This document shows positions 1 to 8,850 of a stretch of 64,000 nt of DNA, piece after piece; position 1 is the first letter of the stretch; every line of letters starts with the position of its first letter. The notes under the pieces were generated by a model. That model was not told where the DNA came from. It made no database searches and was given only the letters and a program-made list of their open reading frames with translations. This DNA is from Bacteroidota bacterium (GTDB taxonomy: Bacteria; Bacteroidota; Bacteroidia; 2-12-FULL-35-15): assembly GCA_947447995.1 (NCBI GenBank), contig CANFLQ010000001.1:25372-89371 (forward strand), written 5' to 3'. The position numbers and the translations under genes are program-made.

Positions 1-1375
1 TAACAGTATACGTTCCGATAGTTGTAGGGTTAAAAACACCAGCTGCTGTAACACCGCTATATCCCGACCAAGTACCTCCTGCAGGATTAAAACCTGATAA
101 CGAAAATGCAGATGCTCCGGGACAAGCAGCTTCATCTTTACCTGCATCCATAGGCAATACAGTAAGTGAAATAGTATCACTGCATAAGCCATTCAAACTA
201 TAATTGATAACATGTGTACCTTGTCCGGCAGTATCAGGGTCAAATGTCCCCTGTATGCTATCTGTAATGCCCTTTCCTCTCCATGTTCCTCCAGCAGGAA
301 CAGCAGTTAAATTAAAAGGCGTATCCGACTGGCACAATGGATTAGTTGAAGGCGGAGTGATTTTGGGATTGATAACAGTTATTGTAATACTGGAAGTATA
401 AATAGTAGTTAAAGGGGCTGATGTTGACTGTACACCCAACGTATAAGTTGTTGTTGTTGGCGGAGAAACAATGTGAGTTGAAACATTTGATAATGCGTGA
501 CTCCAATAATAATTATAAGACAAACAGGAATTAATAATAGCCTCCAATTTAACATTTCCTCCTGCGCAAATAGTATCGTTTGGTGTAGCCTTAATGTTTA
601 CAATTAAAGGACAATCATATATAGTAAATGAATTATTAACCGTAAATGTCCATATACTATCACAGTTATCAGGCATATTGATGGTAAATGCTACATTATA
701 ATTACAACTTTGTGTAAGATTTGTGCTCAACTGTAACCTCACATTATTGGTACTATCCCCAACACAAGTTATTGCTGTTGCTTTTGTAACTATGGGATTA
801 ATAGGTCCTGTTAATTTGAAAGCCGCCGCATATACTGAATCACATTTTATATATTTACTTAAAGCAATATCTACAAATGTTGTACTGCAACTTGGAGTTG
901 GCAAAATACTAATATTTGGTGGTACAGGAGGCACTACGGTTGATGTCCAACGGGCAACCCAGCCTCTGTCAGTTAAAGTAAAACCTGATTTAAAAATAAT
1001 TGTCAAACACCCATTAGCAACAATTCCTGTGGGTTTATTGTTACCTGTAAATTTACCAATCAATGTTCCCGAACTTATGGTATTACCATTATAAAACATT
1101 AATGTGTCACTATATGGTGCTGGATTTTCTATTTGAAAATCCAGAAAGGACATGGTAATTGTTCCACCCGTACAAATACGAAATGTATCCCTTGCACTAT
1201 TTTCATAATTTCCACTGGGAGTCCCATTACCACTATCTTGAAACTCTCCTTTACAAAGCGTTACAGTAGTATCGATACCCTGCGGCATTTTAAAGATGGT
1301 TAACTGCGAGTAGATTGGCTGCCAGCTCAAAAAAAGTAAAAAAAGAAATAAAATAATAGATTTTTTTTTTAACAT
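1..1375 (-). CDS. Secreted surface protein, N-terminal portion (signal peptide, CUB-like domain, Ig-like repeats); the C-terminus lies outside the window
   Basis: Absent from the ORF track because it is open at the window edge. Hand translation of the minus strand from ATG 1375-1373 gives MLKKKSIILFLFLLFLSWQPIYSQLTIFKMPQGIDTTVTLCKGEFQDSGNGTPSGNYENSARDTFRIC... I verified this codon by codon down to about base 900. The frame was checked open again at bases 1-58 (SGVTAAGVFNPTTIGTYTV). Plus-strand ORFs 204-401 and 723-1094 are antisense shadows. Confidence 0.7.
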   Translation of the reverse strand, partial: MLKKKSIILFLFLLFLSWQPIYSQLTIFKMPQGIDTTVTLCKGEFQDSGNGTPSGNYENSARDTFRICTGGTITMSFLDFQIENPAPYSDTLMFYNGNTISSGTLIGKFTGNNKPTGIVANGCLTIIFKSGFTLTDRGWVARWTSTVVPPVPPNISILPTPSCSTTFVDIALSKYIKCDSVYAAAFKLTGPINPIVTKATAITCVGDSTNNVRLQLSTNLTQSCNYNVAFTINMPDNCDSIWTFTVNNSFTIYDCPLIVNIKATPNDTICAGGNVKLEAIINSCLSYNYYWSHALSNVSTHIVSPPTTTTYTLGVQSTSAPLTTIYTSSITITVINPKITPPSTNPLCQSDTPFNLTAVPAGGTWRGKGITDSIQGTFDPDTAGQGTHVINYSLNGLCSDTISLTVLPMDAGKDEAACPGASAFSLSGFNPAGGTWSGYSGVTAAGVFNPTTIGTYTV

Positions 1376-1601
1376 ATAGTAATAACCTTTTAAAATCCAT
1401 GTATAAATTAGGTGGGAACCTAAACATTTATGATTATTAAATGTCTAAAAATAAAATCAAAAATACAAATAAAGAAGTGTATTTATTGGTTTTTTTTTAA
1501 TAACTATATACAAATAAAGGGTAATAAATAGAAGATAATGTGAATAGGAATTGAATATCAACTAATAGGTTGTTGATAAATTAGTAGAAAATAGCCCAAA
1601 T

Positions 1602-2627
1602 CTAAGATGTACAAACTGTGCCATATTTAGATAATAATAAAAGGAAATCGGTAACATTTATAATTCCATCACTATTTATATCTTCAGAACAAATGCAAGA
1701 TGTGCCATATTTGCCTATTAACAGAAGAAAGTCAGAAACATCAACTACCCCATCCCTATTAAAATCTCCTTGTATTTCTTTTATTTTAACAATAACAGGA
1801 GTTGATACTGAAGAGCAACCATTTATATCTGTTATATTTACTAAATAGCTCCCAGCAGAATTTACTGAAATTACTTGACTTGTTGAGCTATTTGACCAGA
1901 TATACGTTTTACCTGAACCGCCTGATACACTTAATACAACTGAACTACCAGGACAAATAGTTGTGGAACCGCTTGCAGAAACCGTATTATTGGGAGGAGG
2001 TATAACAATAACTTTTGTTACATTGGTATTATAACTATTACCATTACACAAATTTTTTATAGTTGCATAATATGTTCCTGAATTAGAAACTGTAATATTT
2101 GAAGTGGTATGCCCTGTTGACCATAAATATGTATTACCAGTTGCTACTGGAGCATTTAATAACAAGGATTCACCTTGACAAATATTTGTTACTATCTTTA
2201 TTACACAAGGTTCACCATTTAAAAATGCTTCTATTGAATTTATTTCTCCCAATTTTATACCCCTTCCTAAAAGTAAATTAAAATTAATTGAAGCTAATGA
2301 TATATTCTTTTTTATAGGATCCATACTAAAAGAAGAAAATCTTAATATACTATCTCCCAAGCTGTAATTTGATATGGCCGATAAGGATGGTTGATGAACG
2401 ATTAATGTATTATAGTGGAATTTTATCAAATCAAATTTCAACGAAAAATCTATAGAATAAATAGTATCCACAGAAGAAATTGAAATTGGAAATTGTAAAG
2501 TATTGCCTACCATTGTTGCTTGAGAAAGGTTAAAAATGAGCGTATCCGCAGAATTAATATTTGTTGGAGTTGCAAATGCATTGTTTATAAATAATATAAA
2601 CGCTAAATTAAATAAGAGAGATTTCAT
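1602..2627 (-). CDS. Secreted protein with a cohesin-like N-terminal module, two Ig-like modules and a C-terminal dockerin-type double EF-hand
   Basis: 341 aa with signal peptide MKSLLFNLAFILFINNAFA. The C-terminus GDFNRDGVVDVSDFLLLIGKYG ... EDINSDGIINVTDFLLLLSKYG holds two DxNxDGxxxxxD calcium loops plus helices, as in type I dockerins. The N-terminal beta-rich segment (TLQFPISISS..IYSIDFSLKFD..LASINFNLL) looks cohesin-like. Confidence 0.75.
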   Translation of the reverse strand: MKSLLFNLAFILFINNAFATPTNINSADTLIFNLSQATMVGNTLQFPISISSVDTIYSIDFSLKFDLIKFHYNTLIVHQPSLSAISNYSLGDSILRFSSFSMDPIKKNISLASINFNLLLGRGIKLGEINSIEAFLNGEPCVIKIVTNICQGESLLLNAPVATGNTYLWSTGHTTSNITVSNSGTYYATIKNLCNGNSYNTNVTKVIVIPPPNNTVSASGSTTICPGSSVVLSVSGGSGKTYIWSNSSTSQVISVNSAGSYLVNITDINGCSSVSTPVIVKIKEIQGDFNRDGVVDVSDFLLLIGKYGTSCICSEDINSDGIINVTDFLLLLSKYGTVCTS

Positions 2628-3042
2628 ATTTTATATTTTTTCACTAAAAGTAACAGTAGTATATATCCTTAATATGAATCCCAGGTAATTTTTAAATGAA
2701 ATGTATGTAAATAAAACAACAAGAAATTAAGCTGCTAAAAACTCCAATAATAAAAAAGATCTAAAAATAAAATAAAAATATAATGTATCATTGATTAGTT
2801 ATAGCAGAGGTATTTAGTTCATAACTCCAATGCCCAACTTAACCTTTCAATTTAATAGATAAAGTTTAAACCGCCTTTTTATTATTCCCCAACAAAAATA
2901 AGGTGTTTATGTTTACTTGAATATCGTATTCGGATGCTTATTAATAAAATTATACAGGCTCTTTATATTTTTCAATTTATAAATGTTAATAAAACATTGT
3001 ATCATTTTTACTATTAACCAAATAGCTTGTTATTTTTGAACT

Positions 3043-5121
3043 ATGAAAGTTTGTATTGCCGAAAAGCCAAGTGTAGCCAAAGAAATTGCCGAAGTACTTG
3101 GTGCCAAACAACGCAAAGAAGGATACTTCGAGGGAAATGGATATCAGGTTACCTGGAGTTTCGGGCATTTATGCGAATTAAAAGAACCTCACGAATATGA
3201 TTCGGCATACAGAGAATGGAACTTAAATATGCTTCCTATATTACCTCAAAAATTTGGAATTAAGCTTAAGAAAAATAATGGTATCGAAAAGCAATTTAAT
3301 ACCATTGCAACCTTATTTGCAAATGCCGATGAGATTATTAACTGTGGTGATGCTGGGCAAGAAGGAGAACTAATACAACGATGGATAATTTCAAAAGCCA
3401 ATTGCAAAAAACCCTTAAAACGTTTATGGATATCATCACTTACCGAAGAAGCGATAAGGGAAGGATTTAAAAAACTGAAAGATGGTAAAGATTATGAAAG
3501 TCTTTACTTTGCAGGATACTCCCGTGCAGCAGCCGATTGGTTATTAGGGATGAATGCTACCCGGTTATATACTATAAAATATGGAAATGGTAAACAAGTA
3601 TTATCTGTTGGACGAGTTCAAACTCCAACATTGGCAATGATTGTTAACCGTCAAATAGAAATAAATAATTTTAAACCAAGTGTGTTTTTTGAACTAAAAA
3701 CAATTTATAGGGACGTAGTTTTTAACGGGAATATTGAACGCTTTTATGAGAAAAGCAAAAGCAAAGGCGAAGAAATTTTAGCTTCTATAAAAGATACTCC
3801 ACTTGAAATCACCTCTGTAGAAACCAAAAAAGCCAAGGAAAATGCACCACGATTATTTGATTTGACTTCTCTACAGGTAGAATGCAATAAAAAGTTTGGA
3901 TACTCTGCCGATGACACTTTAAAAACCATTCAAAATTTATATGAAAAAAAGCTCGTTACCTACCCTAGAGTAGATACCACATATTTACCAAACGATGTTT
4001 ATCCTAAAATTGCGGGCATACTAGGTTCTATGGAAAACTACCAACAATTAATAACGCCTCTATTAAGTAAGCCTATACGCAAATCAACCAAAATTTTTGA
4101 CGATAAAAAAGTAACCGATCACCATGCTATTATTCCAACCAATGTTAAGGCACAAGGTTTATCAGGTAATGAAGCACAAGTGTATGATGTAATTGCAAAA
4201 CGCTTTATTGCAGCATTTTATCCCGATTGCGAAGTGGCAAATACAACTGTATTAGCCAAAGTAAAGGATATTGAATTTAAAGCAACAGGAAAACAAATTT
4301 TAGATCCTGGTTGGCGAATAGTTTATAATAAAGAAGTTAGTAGTGAAGGCGAACAAGATGATATACAACTACTACCCGCATTTAAAAATGGCGAAACAGG
4401 CCCACATAACGCCTATTTAGCCGAAGGTAAAACAAGTGCTCCCAAGCATTTTACAGAAGCTACCCTGCTGCGAGCAATGGAAACAGCCGGTAAACAAATT
4501 GATGATGATGAATTGCGCGAACTCATGAAAGATAATGGTATTGGGCGACCTTCTACCAGAGCTGCTATCATTGAAACATTGTTCAGAAGAGATTATATTA
4601 GACGGGAACGAAAAAATTTAATCCCCACTTCCACTGGAATAGAATTAATAGGAGTTATTAATAATGAACTATTAAAATCCGCCGAAATGACAGGTAATTG
4701 GGAATTTAAACTCCGGCAAATTGAAAAAGGACAATATCAGGCGGAGGCGTTTTTACAGGAAATGAAAAAAATGATTAACGAATTGGTTATTCAAGTGAGA
4801 AGTGAAAGTAAAAAGCAAATTACCGCAGAACCAACAATTATCGAAACTAATTCTGCCAAAGCCAAAGAGATTATTTGTCCTAAATGTAAAATAGGAAATG
4901 TATTAAAGGGAAAAAAATCTTATGGATGCAGCAAATGGAAGGACGGATGTAATTTTAGATTACCATTTGAATTTATGGGCAAAAAAATTAATGATCTAAT
5001 TATAGAGGAATTGAGTAAAAAAGGTGAAACATCTTTAATTAAAGGTTTTGTAAATGAAGGTAAAAAAGTAAACGGTAAACTACAATTGAATACTCGTTTT
5101 GAGCTAAAGATCAATTTGTAA
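3043..5121 (+). CDS. topB: DNA topoisomerase III (type IA)
   Basis: 692 aa. TOPRIM start MKVCIAEKPSVAKEIA, GDAGQEGELI, GRVQTPTLAMIV, catalytic-Tyr context LVTYPRVDTTYLP, and a C-terminal zinc ribbon CPKC...CSKWKDGC. Confidence 0.95.
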   Translation: MKVCIAEKPSVAKEIAEVLGAKQRKEGYFEGNGYQVTWSFGHLCELKEPHEYDSAYREWNLNMLPILPQKFGIKLKKNNGIEKQFNTIATLFANADEIINCGDAGQEGELIQRWIISKANCKKPLKRLWISSLTEEAIREGFKKLKDGKDYESLYFAGYSRAAADWLLGMNATRLYTIKYGNGKQVLSVGRVQTPTLAMIVNRQIEINNFKPSVFFELKTIYRDVVFNGNIERFYEKSKSKGEEILASIKDTPLEITSVETKKAKENAPRLFDLTSLQVECNKKFGYSADDTLKTIQNLYEKKLVTYPRVDTTYLPNDVYPKIAGILGSMENYQQLITPLLSKPIRKSTKIFDDKKVTDHHAIIPTNVKAQGLSGNEAQVYDVIAKRFIAAFYPDCEVANTTVLAKVKDIEFKATGKQILDPGWRIVYNKEVSSEGEQDDIQLLPAFKNGETGPHNAYLAEGKTSAPKHFTEATLLRAMETAGKQIDDDELRELMKDNGIGRPSTRAAIIETLFRRDYIRRERKNLIPTSTGIELIGVINNELLKSAEMTGNWEFKLRQIEKGQYQAEAFLQEMKKMINELVIQVRSESKKQITAEPTIIETNSAKAKEIICPKCKIGNVLKGKKSYGCSKWKDGCNFRLPFEFMGKKINDLIIEELSKKGETSLIKGFVNEGKKVNGKLQLNTRFELKINL

Positions 5122-5138
5122 TATTGTATATATTAAGG

Positions 5139-5172
5139 GTTATTAAACAAGCTATCTTAATAACTTATTTTT
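5139..5172 (+). terminator. Putative rho-independent terminator after topB
   Basis: GTTATTAA (5139-5146) pairs with TTAATAAC (5157-5164) around a 10-nt loop, followed by TTATTTTTG. The stem is AT-rich and therefore weak. Confidence 0.4.
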
Positions 5173-5253
5173 GTGTACCGATAAAAAAAATAAAATATAA
5201 AATATTTTTGTATAAATTCATAACTGATATAAATATTCTGCAAAAGCAAACTC

Positions 5254-5502
5254 ATGAAATTATTTATAAAAAATTTAGATACAGAAATTAACGAAGTACA
5301 GTTAGAAGGTTTGTTTGCTAAGTTTGGCGAAGTGCTGTCAACAAAAATAGTTTACGATACTATAACTTGGGAATCAAAAGGTTTTGCTTTTTTAGAAATG
5401 GCAAAAAAGGCCGATGCGCTTAAAGCTATTGAAGCCCTAAATGGGCAAAAACTAAGAGGTAAAGATCTTATCGTACAGGAAGCAGAAGAAAGAAGACGTT
5501 AA
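5254..5502 (+). CDS. RRM-type RNA-binding protein
   Basis: 82 aa with RNP2 LFIKNL and RNP1 KGFAFLEM motifs and a basic tail EAEERRR. Confidence 0.9.
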   Translation: MKLFIKNLDTEINEVQLEGLFAKFGEVLSTKIVYDTITWESKGFAFLEMAKKADALKAIEALNGQKLRGKDLIVQEAEERRR

Positions 5503-5539
5503 ATTTATTAGTTTAGTTTTTAGATGGAGGGCTATTAAT

Positions 5540-6745
5540 ATGGGTAAACTGTTACAATCAAATTTTTATAAATTATTTCTATTCGTATTACTTACCCCAT
5601 TTTTTTCATGCGAAAATTCCCCTACACCACACAAAGAAATTACTGAACTTCCCGTTATTCTTAATCAGGATAGTATTAACAAAATAAGAAAAGAAATCAG
5701 AGCAAATGAAAAAGAACAAAAACTAAATGTGCTATTTAAAAGCAAAGTAAAAAAGGCTGGTTTTAATGCAAGTGTTTTAATAGCACAACGCGGACAAATA
5801 ATTTACAAAAATGCTTTCGGATATGCCAATTATAAAACCAAAGAACCTTTAAAAGTAAACTCTGCATTTCAATTATCATCCACATCCAAACCTTTTACGG
5901 CAACTGCAATACTGCAATTGTATGATCAAGGCAAGTTAAGTTTATCTGATAATGTAAAAAAATTCTTTCCCGACTTCCCATACCCCAATATAAATATTTT
6001 TATGCTATTAACCCACCGTTCGGGTTTAAGTAATTACGTTTATTTTGGCGAACCTTATTGCGATGAGAACAATTGCTACAATGGAAAAACATTCGATAAT
6101 AATTCGGTTTTACATATCATGAAAACCGATAAACCGGTTGCTTATTATGCTCCCAACAAAAAATTTGGTTATTGTAATACCAATTATGCCATTTTAGCAT
6201 CTATCGTTGAAAAAGTTTCAGGAATGCGTTTTGCCGATTATATGGAGCAAAATATTTTCAATCCACTTGGGATGAAAGATACATGGGTACACTCTAAACA
6301 CAATCCTAACAATAAAAATATTACCCACGGACATGATGCCGCTGGAAGAATTGAACAAGATACTTATGCCGATAATGTTGTTGGAGATAAAGGTATTTAT
6401 TCAACAGTAGAGGATCTATTTTTATTTGACCAGGCATTATATACAAACAAATTACTAAAGAAAAAAACGATAGAACAAGCGTTTACAGGATACAGCAATG
6501 AGTACAAAGGAAAACGTAATTATGGTTTAGGATGGCGTATAACCGATAGTGGAGATGGCGGAAAAATAGTATACCATAACGGTTGGTGGCATGGATACAA
6601 CTCCATTTTTTTTAGACGACTGTCCGATCAAACAACTATAATTATACTTTCCAATAAGGATAATGGTACAATTTACAAAATTGAGGACATTTTATCAATC
6701 ATAAACTCCAGTAACAAACCATCAAAAATTGAAATTGAATTATAA
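5540..6745 (+). CDS. Serine hydrolase of the beta-lactamase / penicillin-binding (class C-like) family, lipoprotein
   Basis: 401 aa. The leader ends FFSC. SxxK motif in QLSSTSKPFTA, Y-x-N motif in GYCNTNYA, and a C-terminal HNGWWHGY box. Confidence 0.85.
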   Translation: MGKLLQSNFYKLFLFVLLTPFFSCENSPTPHKEITELPVILNQDSINKIRKEIRANEKEQKLNVLFKSKVKKAGFNASVLIAQRGQIIYKNAFGYANYKTKEPLKVNSAFQLSSTSKPFTATAILQLYDQGKLSLSDNVKKFFPDFPYPNINIFMLLTHRSGLSNYVYFGEPYCDENNCYNGKTFDNNSVLHIMKTDKPVAYYAPNKKFGYCNTNYAILASIVEKVSGMRFADYMEQNIFNPLGMKDTWVHSKHNPNNKNITHGHDAAGRIEQDTYADNVVGDKGIYSTVEDLFLFDQALYTNKLLKKKTIEQAFTGYSNEYKGKRNYGLGWRITDSGDGGKIVYHNGWWHGYNSIFFRRLSDQTTIIILSNKDNGTIYKIEDILSIINSSNKPSKIEIEL

Positions 6746-6847
6746 AATTTTTATTATTTTTAATAAAAAAATAATATTTAATTTTAATAAACATATCTTC
6801 GTACTCAATTATTCATAACATTCAAGTTTAACTAAAAAACAAAAAAA

Positions 6848-7702
6848 ATGAAAAAAATATTATATCTGATTGCATTATTACCGTTCGCATTTGGTTGCGG
6901 TGGTGAAAAACAAGAAAGAAGTTTTCTATCTGCTGAAGACAGCTTAAAAGCAGTGAATGGAGGACAACAAGTTCTTATCCATGATCAGGATTCAAGTATC
7001 CAATCCTTTATCAAAGGATTTAATGAAATACAAGACAATCTTGATATTATTAAAGAAAAAGAAAAAATTGTAACCAATGCCAGTAAAGACACCGAAACAA
7101 GAAAGTCAAAAGAAGAACAAATTGTTGCCGATATTCAATCTATTTACGACTTATTGAATAAAAACAGAAGTAAACTTGCAGCCATGAGTTCAAAATTAAA
7201 AAAATCCAATCAAAAGAATGTAGAATTAGAAAAATTTATTGCACGGTTAACTGCCGAAATTGAAACTAAAGACTTACAAATAGGTGATTTAAAAATTCAG
7301 TTGGAACAGTTAAATGTTGCCATGACCAATTTGAATGTATCTTACCAAAAAGCTACGCAAGAATCTGCTGCAAAAACTGAAAAATTAAATGCTGCATTTT
7401 ACGCATTTGGTACCTCTAAAGAATTAATAAAAAATGGAGTTCTTACTAAAAGCGGTGGTTTTATTGGTATAGGAAAAAGCAATAAAATGAAAGCGGACTT
7501 CAATAAAAGCTATTTTACAAAGGTTGATATTACAAATACAAATTCAATTGCTCTTTCTGCAAAAAAAGCAAAAATTATGACTGTTCACCCTGCTGGATCA
7601 TACAAAATTGAAGGTGCAAATGGCAAAGCAGAAAAATTAACCATTATCAATAGCGAAGAGTTTTGGAGTACGTCTAAATATTTAGTAATTATTGTTGAAT
7701 AA
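6848..7702 (+). CDS. Coiled-coil lipoprotein of unknown function
   Basis: 284 aa. Lipobox LPFAFGCGG, a long heptad-like central region (LEKFIARLTAEIETKDLQIGDLKIQLEQLN), and a conserved-looking C-terminal globular part. Confidence 0.6.
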   Translation: MKKILYLIALLPFAFGCGGEKQERSFLSAEDSLKAVNGGQQVLIHDQDSSIQSFIKGFNEIQDNLDIIKEKEKIVTNASKDTETRKSKEEQIVADIQSIYDLLNKNRSKLAAMSSKLKKSNQKNVELEKFIARLTAEIETKDLQIGDLKIQLEQLNVAMTNLNVSYQKATQESAAKTEKLNAAFYAFGTSKELIKNGVLTKSGGFIGIGKSNKMKADFNKSYFTKVDITNTNSIALSAKKAKIMTVHPAGSYKIEGANGKAEKLTIINSEEFWSTSKYLVIIVE

Positions 7703-7930
7703 GTTGGTATTAATACTATTTTTTGAAAGTTATTGGTAGTATAAATTAAACTGTGTTATTTCCATTTCTTATATTTATATCATAAAATACAGCAGAGTTA
7801 AGCAATGCTGAATAGCAACTTATAAAAAAAAAAAACGGTTCTTTTATTTGGATTTAATAAAAAAAAGATAAATTAAAGTAAAAATTCAAGGTATTTAATT
7901 CTTTTTGCTTTGCAATCGGAAATCTTTTTT

Positions 7931-7938
7931 TACATTTG
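7931..7938 (+). promoter_or_regulatory. Bacteroidota-type -7 promoter motif (TAnnTTTG) upstream of tRNA-Ser
   Basis: TACATTTG lies 22 nt upstream of the mature tRNA 5' end and matches the TAnnTTTG consensus of Bacteroidota sigma-A promoters. Confidence 0.4.
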
Positions 7939-7959
7939 CATTCCTTAAAAAATGAAAAC

Positions 7960-8048
7960 GGAGAGATGCCAGAGAGGCCGAATGGAACAGTTTGCTAAAC
8001 TGTCGTACTGGGAAACCGGTACCGAGGGTTCGAATCCCTCTCTCTCCG
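7960..8048 (+). tRNA. tRNA-Ser: tRNA-Ser (anticodon GCU), long variable arm
   Basis: GGAGAGA acceptor pairs with TCTCTCC. Anticodon stem ACAGT/ACTGT with loop TTGCTAA. Long variable arm CGTACTGGGAAACCGGTAC. T arm GAGGG-TTCGAAT-CCCTC. CCA is not encoded. Confidence 0.95.
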
Positions 8049-8070
8049 CAAGTTACACACCTCAAATTCA

Positions 8071-8120
8071 AAAAAAAATAAGCATTTTAGATATAATATT
8101 CTAAAATGCTTATTTTTTTT
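8071..8120. terminator. Bidirectional rho-independent terminator between tRNA-Ser and the SET-domain gene
   Basis: A perfect 13-bp stem, ATAAGCATTTTAG (8078-8090) with CTAAAATGCTTAT (8101-8113), flanked by an A-run on the left and a T-run on the right. Confidence 0.65.
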
Positions 8121-8139
8121 CGTACTCAAAATAAATACG

Positions 8140-8580
8140 TTATCTGTTTTTTTTAAAACTAACCCAATACGATTTACCATAAGCTGTAAAAATCTCTGAT
8201 CCTTTTGGTATATCATTTTTTGCTTGCAAATATGCCGAAACTTGATCTTCTCCTTCAATGATAATTGCATTGTTTTTAAAACCATCAATTTTTGTAAAGC
8301 CTTCTGCATCATTTGCATAGCGAGCATAACAATCTGACTCATAAGAATCTAATATTAAACCTGAACTTAAAGAAATATAATAATTTGCACTTTCTAAATT
8401 ATAGTTCCCTTTTTCAATCGCTTTTAAGATTTTTGAAAATTCTTTGTTTCCTATCAATCTTCCTCCAAATTGACAAATTTTTTCACCTTTTTTTATTCTT
8501 TTTAATGTGAATAAACCTTTACCACAAGCTGGAATAGTTGAATCAGAAATTAATAAATAATCTACCTTTTTTTTAATCAT
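8140..8580 (-). CDS. SET-domain protein (putative lysine methyltransferase)
   Basis: 146 aa. GKGLFTLKRIKKGEKI, ARYANDA and KGSEIFTAYGKSYW match the SET-domain N-, core and C-terminal motif pattern. Confidence 0.75.
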   Translation of the reverse strand: MIKKKVDYLLISDSTIPACGKGLFTLKRIKKGEKICQFGGRLIGNKEFSKILKAIEKGNYNLESANYYISLSSGLILDSYESDCYARYANDAEGFTKIDGFKNNAIIIEGEDQVSAYLQAKNDIPKGSEIFTAYGKSYWVSFKKNR

Positions 8581-8597
8581 TGAATAAAATTATACGT

Positions 8598-8705
8598 TTA
8601 GCTCTTAATCTTAAAAAACTCATCTACCTCTACTTCGCCTGTTAAATAATGTTGTTTACTACTTTACGTTGCTTGTCGTAAATCAAACTCTTGACTCAAC
8701 TCCAT
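8598..8705 (-). pseudogene. Possible tiny relic of an IS1595-family (ISXO2-like) transposase
   Basis: The minus strand reads MELSQEFDLRQAT*SSKQHYLTGEVEVDEFFKIKS* in one frame. LTGEVEVDE resembles the G-x-VE-V/I-DET box that carries the first catalytic Asp of IS1595 transposases. Only about 35 codons remain and they include an internal stop. Confidence 0.3.
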
Positions 8706-8850
8706 GCTGAACATTCCCTTTTTCTTAGTGCTAATTTTAAAAACAATATACCTATAAAATTAATATGTTATATTTTACAGATTGTAATTAAAATAACATC
8801 TGTATACATAAGATTGGGAATAAAACAATTATCAAAAAATTACAGCTATT

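Noticed and set aside
204-1094. Plus-strand ORFs 204-401 and 723-1094
   Set aside because: They are antisense to a continuous minus-strand ORF (1-1375) that has a clear signal peptide and recognisable domains. The plus-strand translations are low-complexity with no motifs.
3031-3038. TATTTTTG (TAnnTTTG match) just upstream of topB
   Set aside because: It ends only 4 nt before the ATG at 3043, so a transcript starting about 7 nt downstream would begin inside the coding sequence. It is probably a chance match in AT-rich DNA.
7995-8342. 115-aa minus-strand ORF overlapping tRNA-Ser and the terminator
   Set aside because: It runs through a tRNA gene and a strong hairpin terminator, overlaps the better-supported SET-domain ORF in another frame, and has no motifs.
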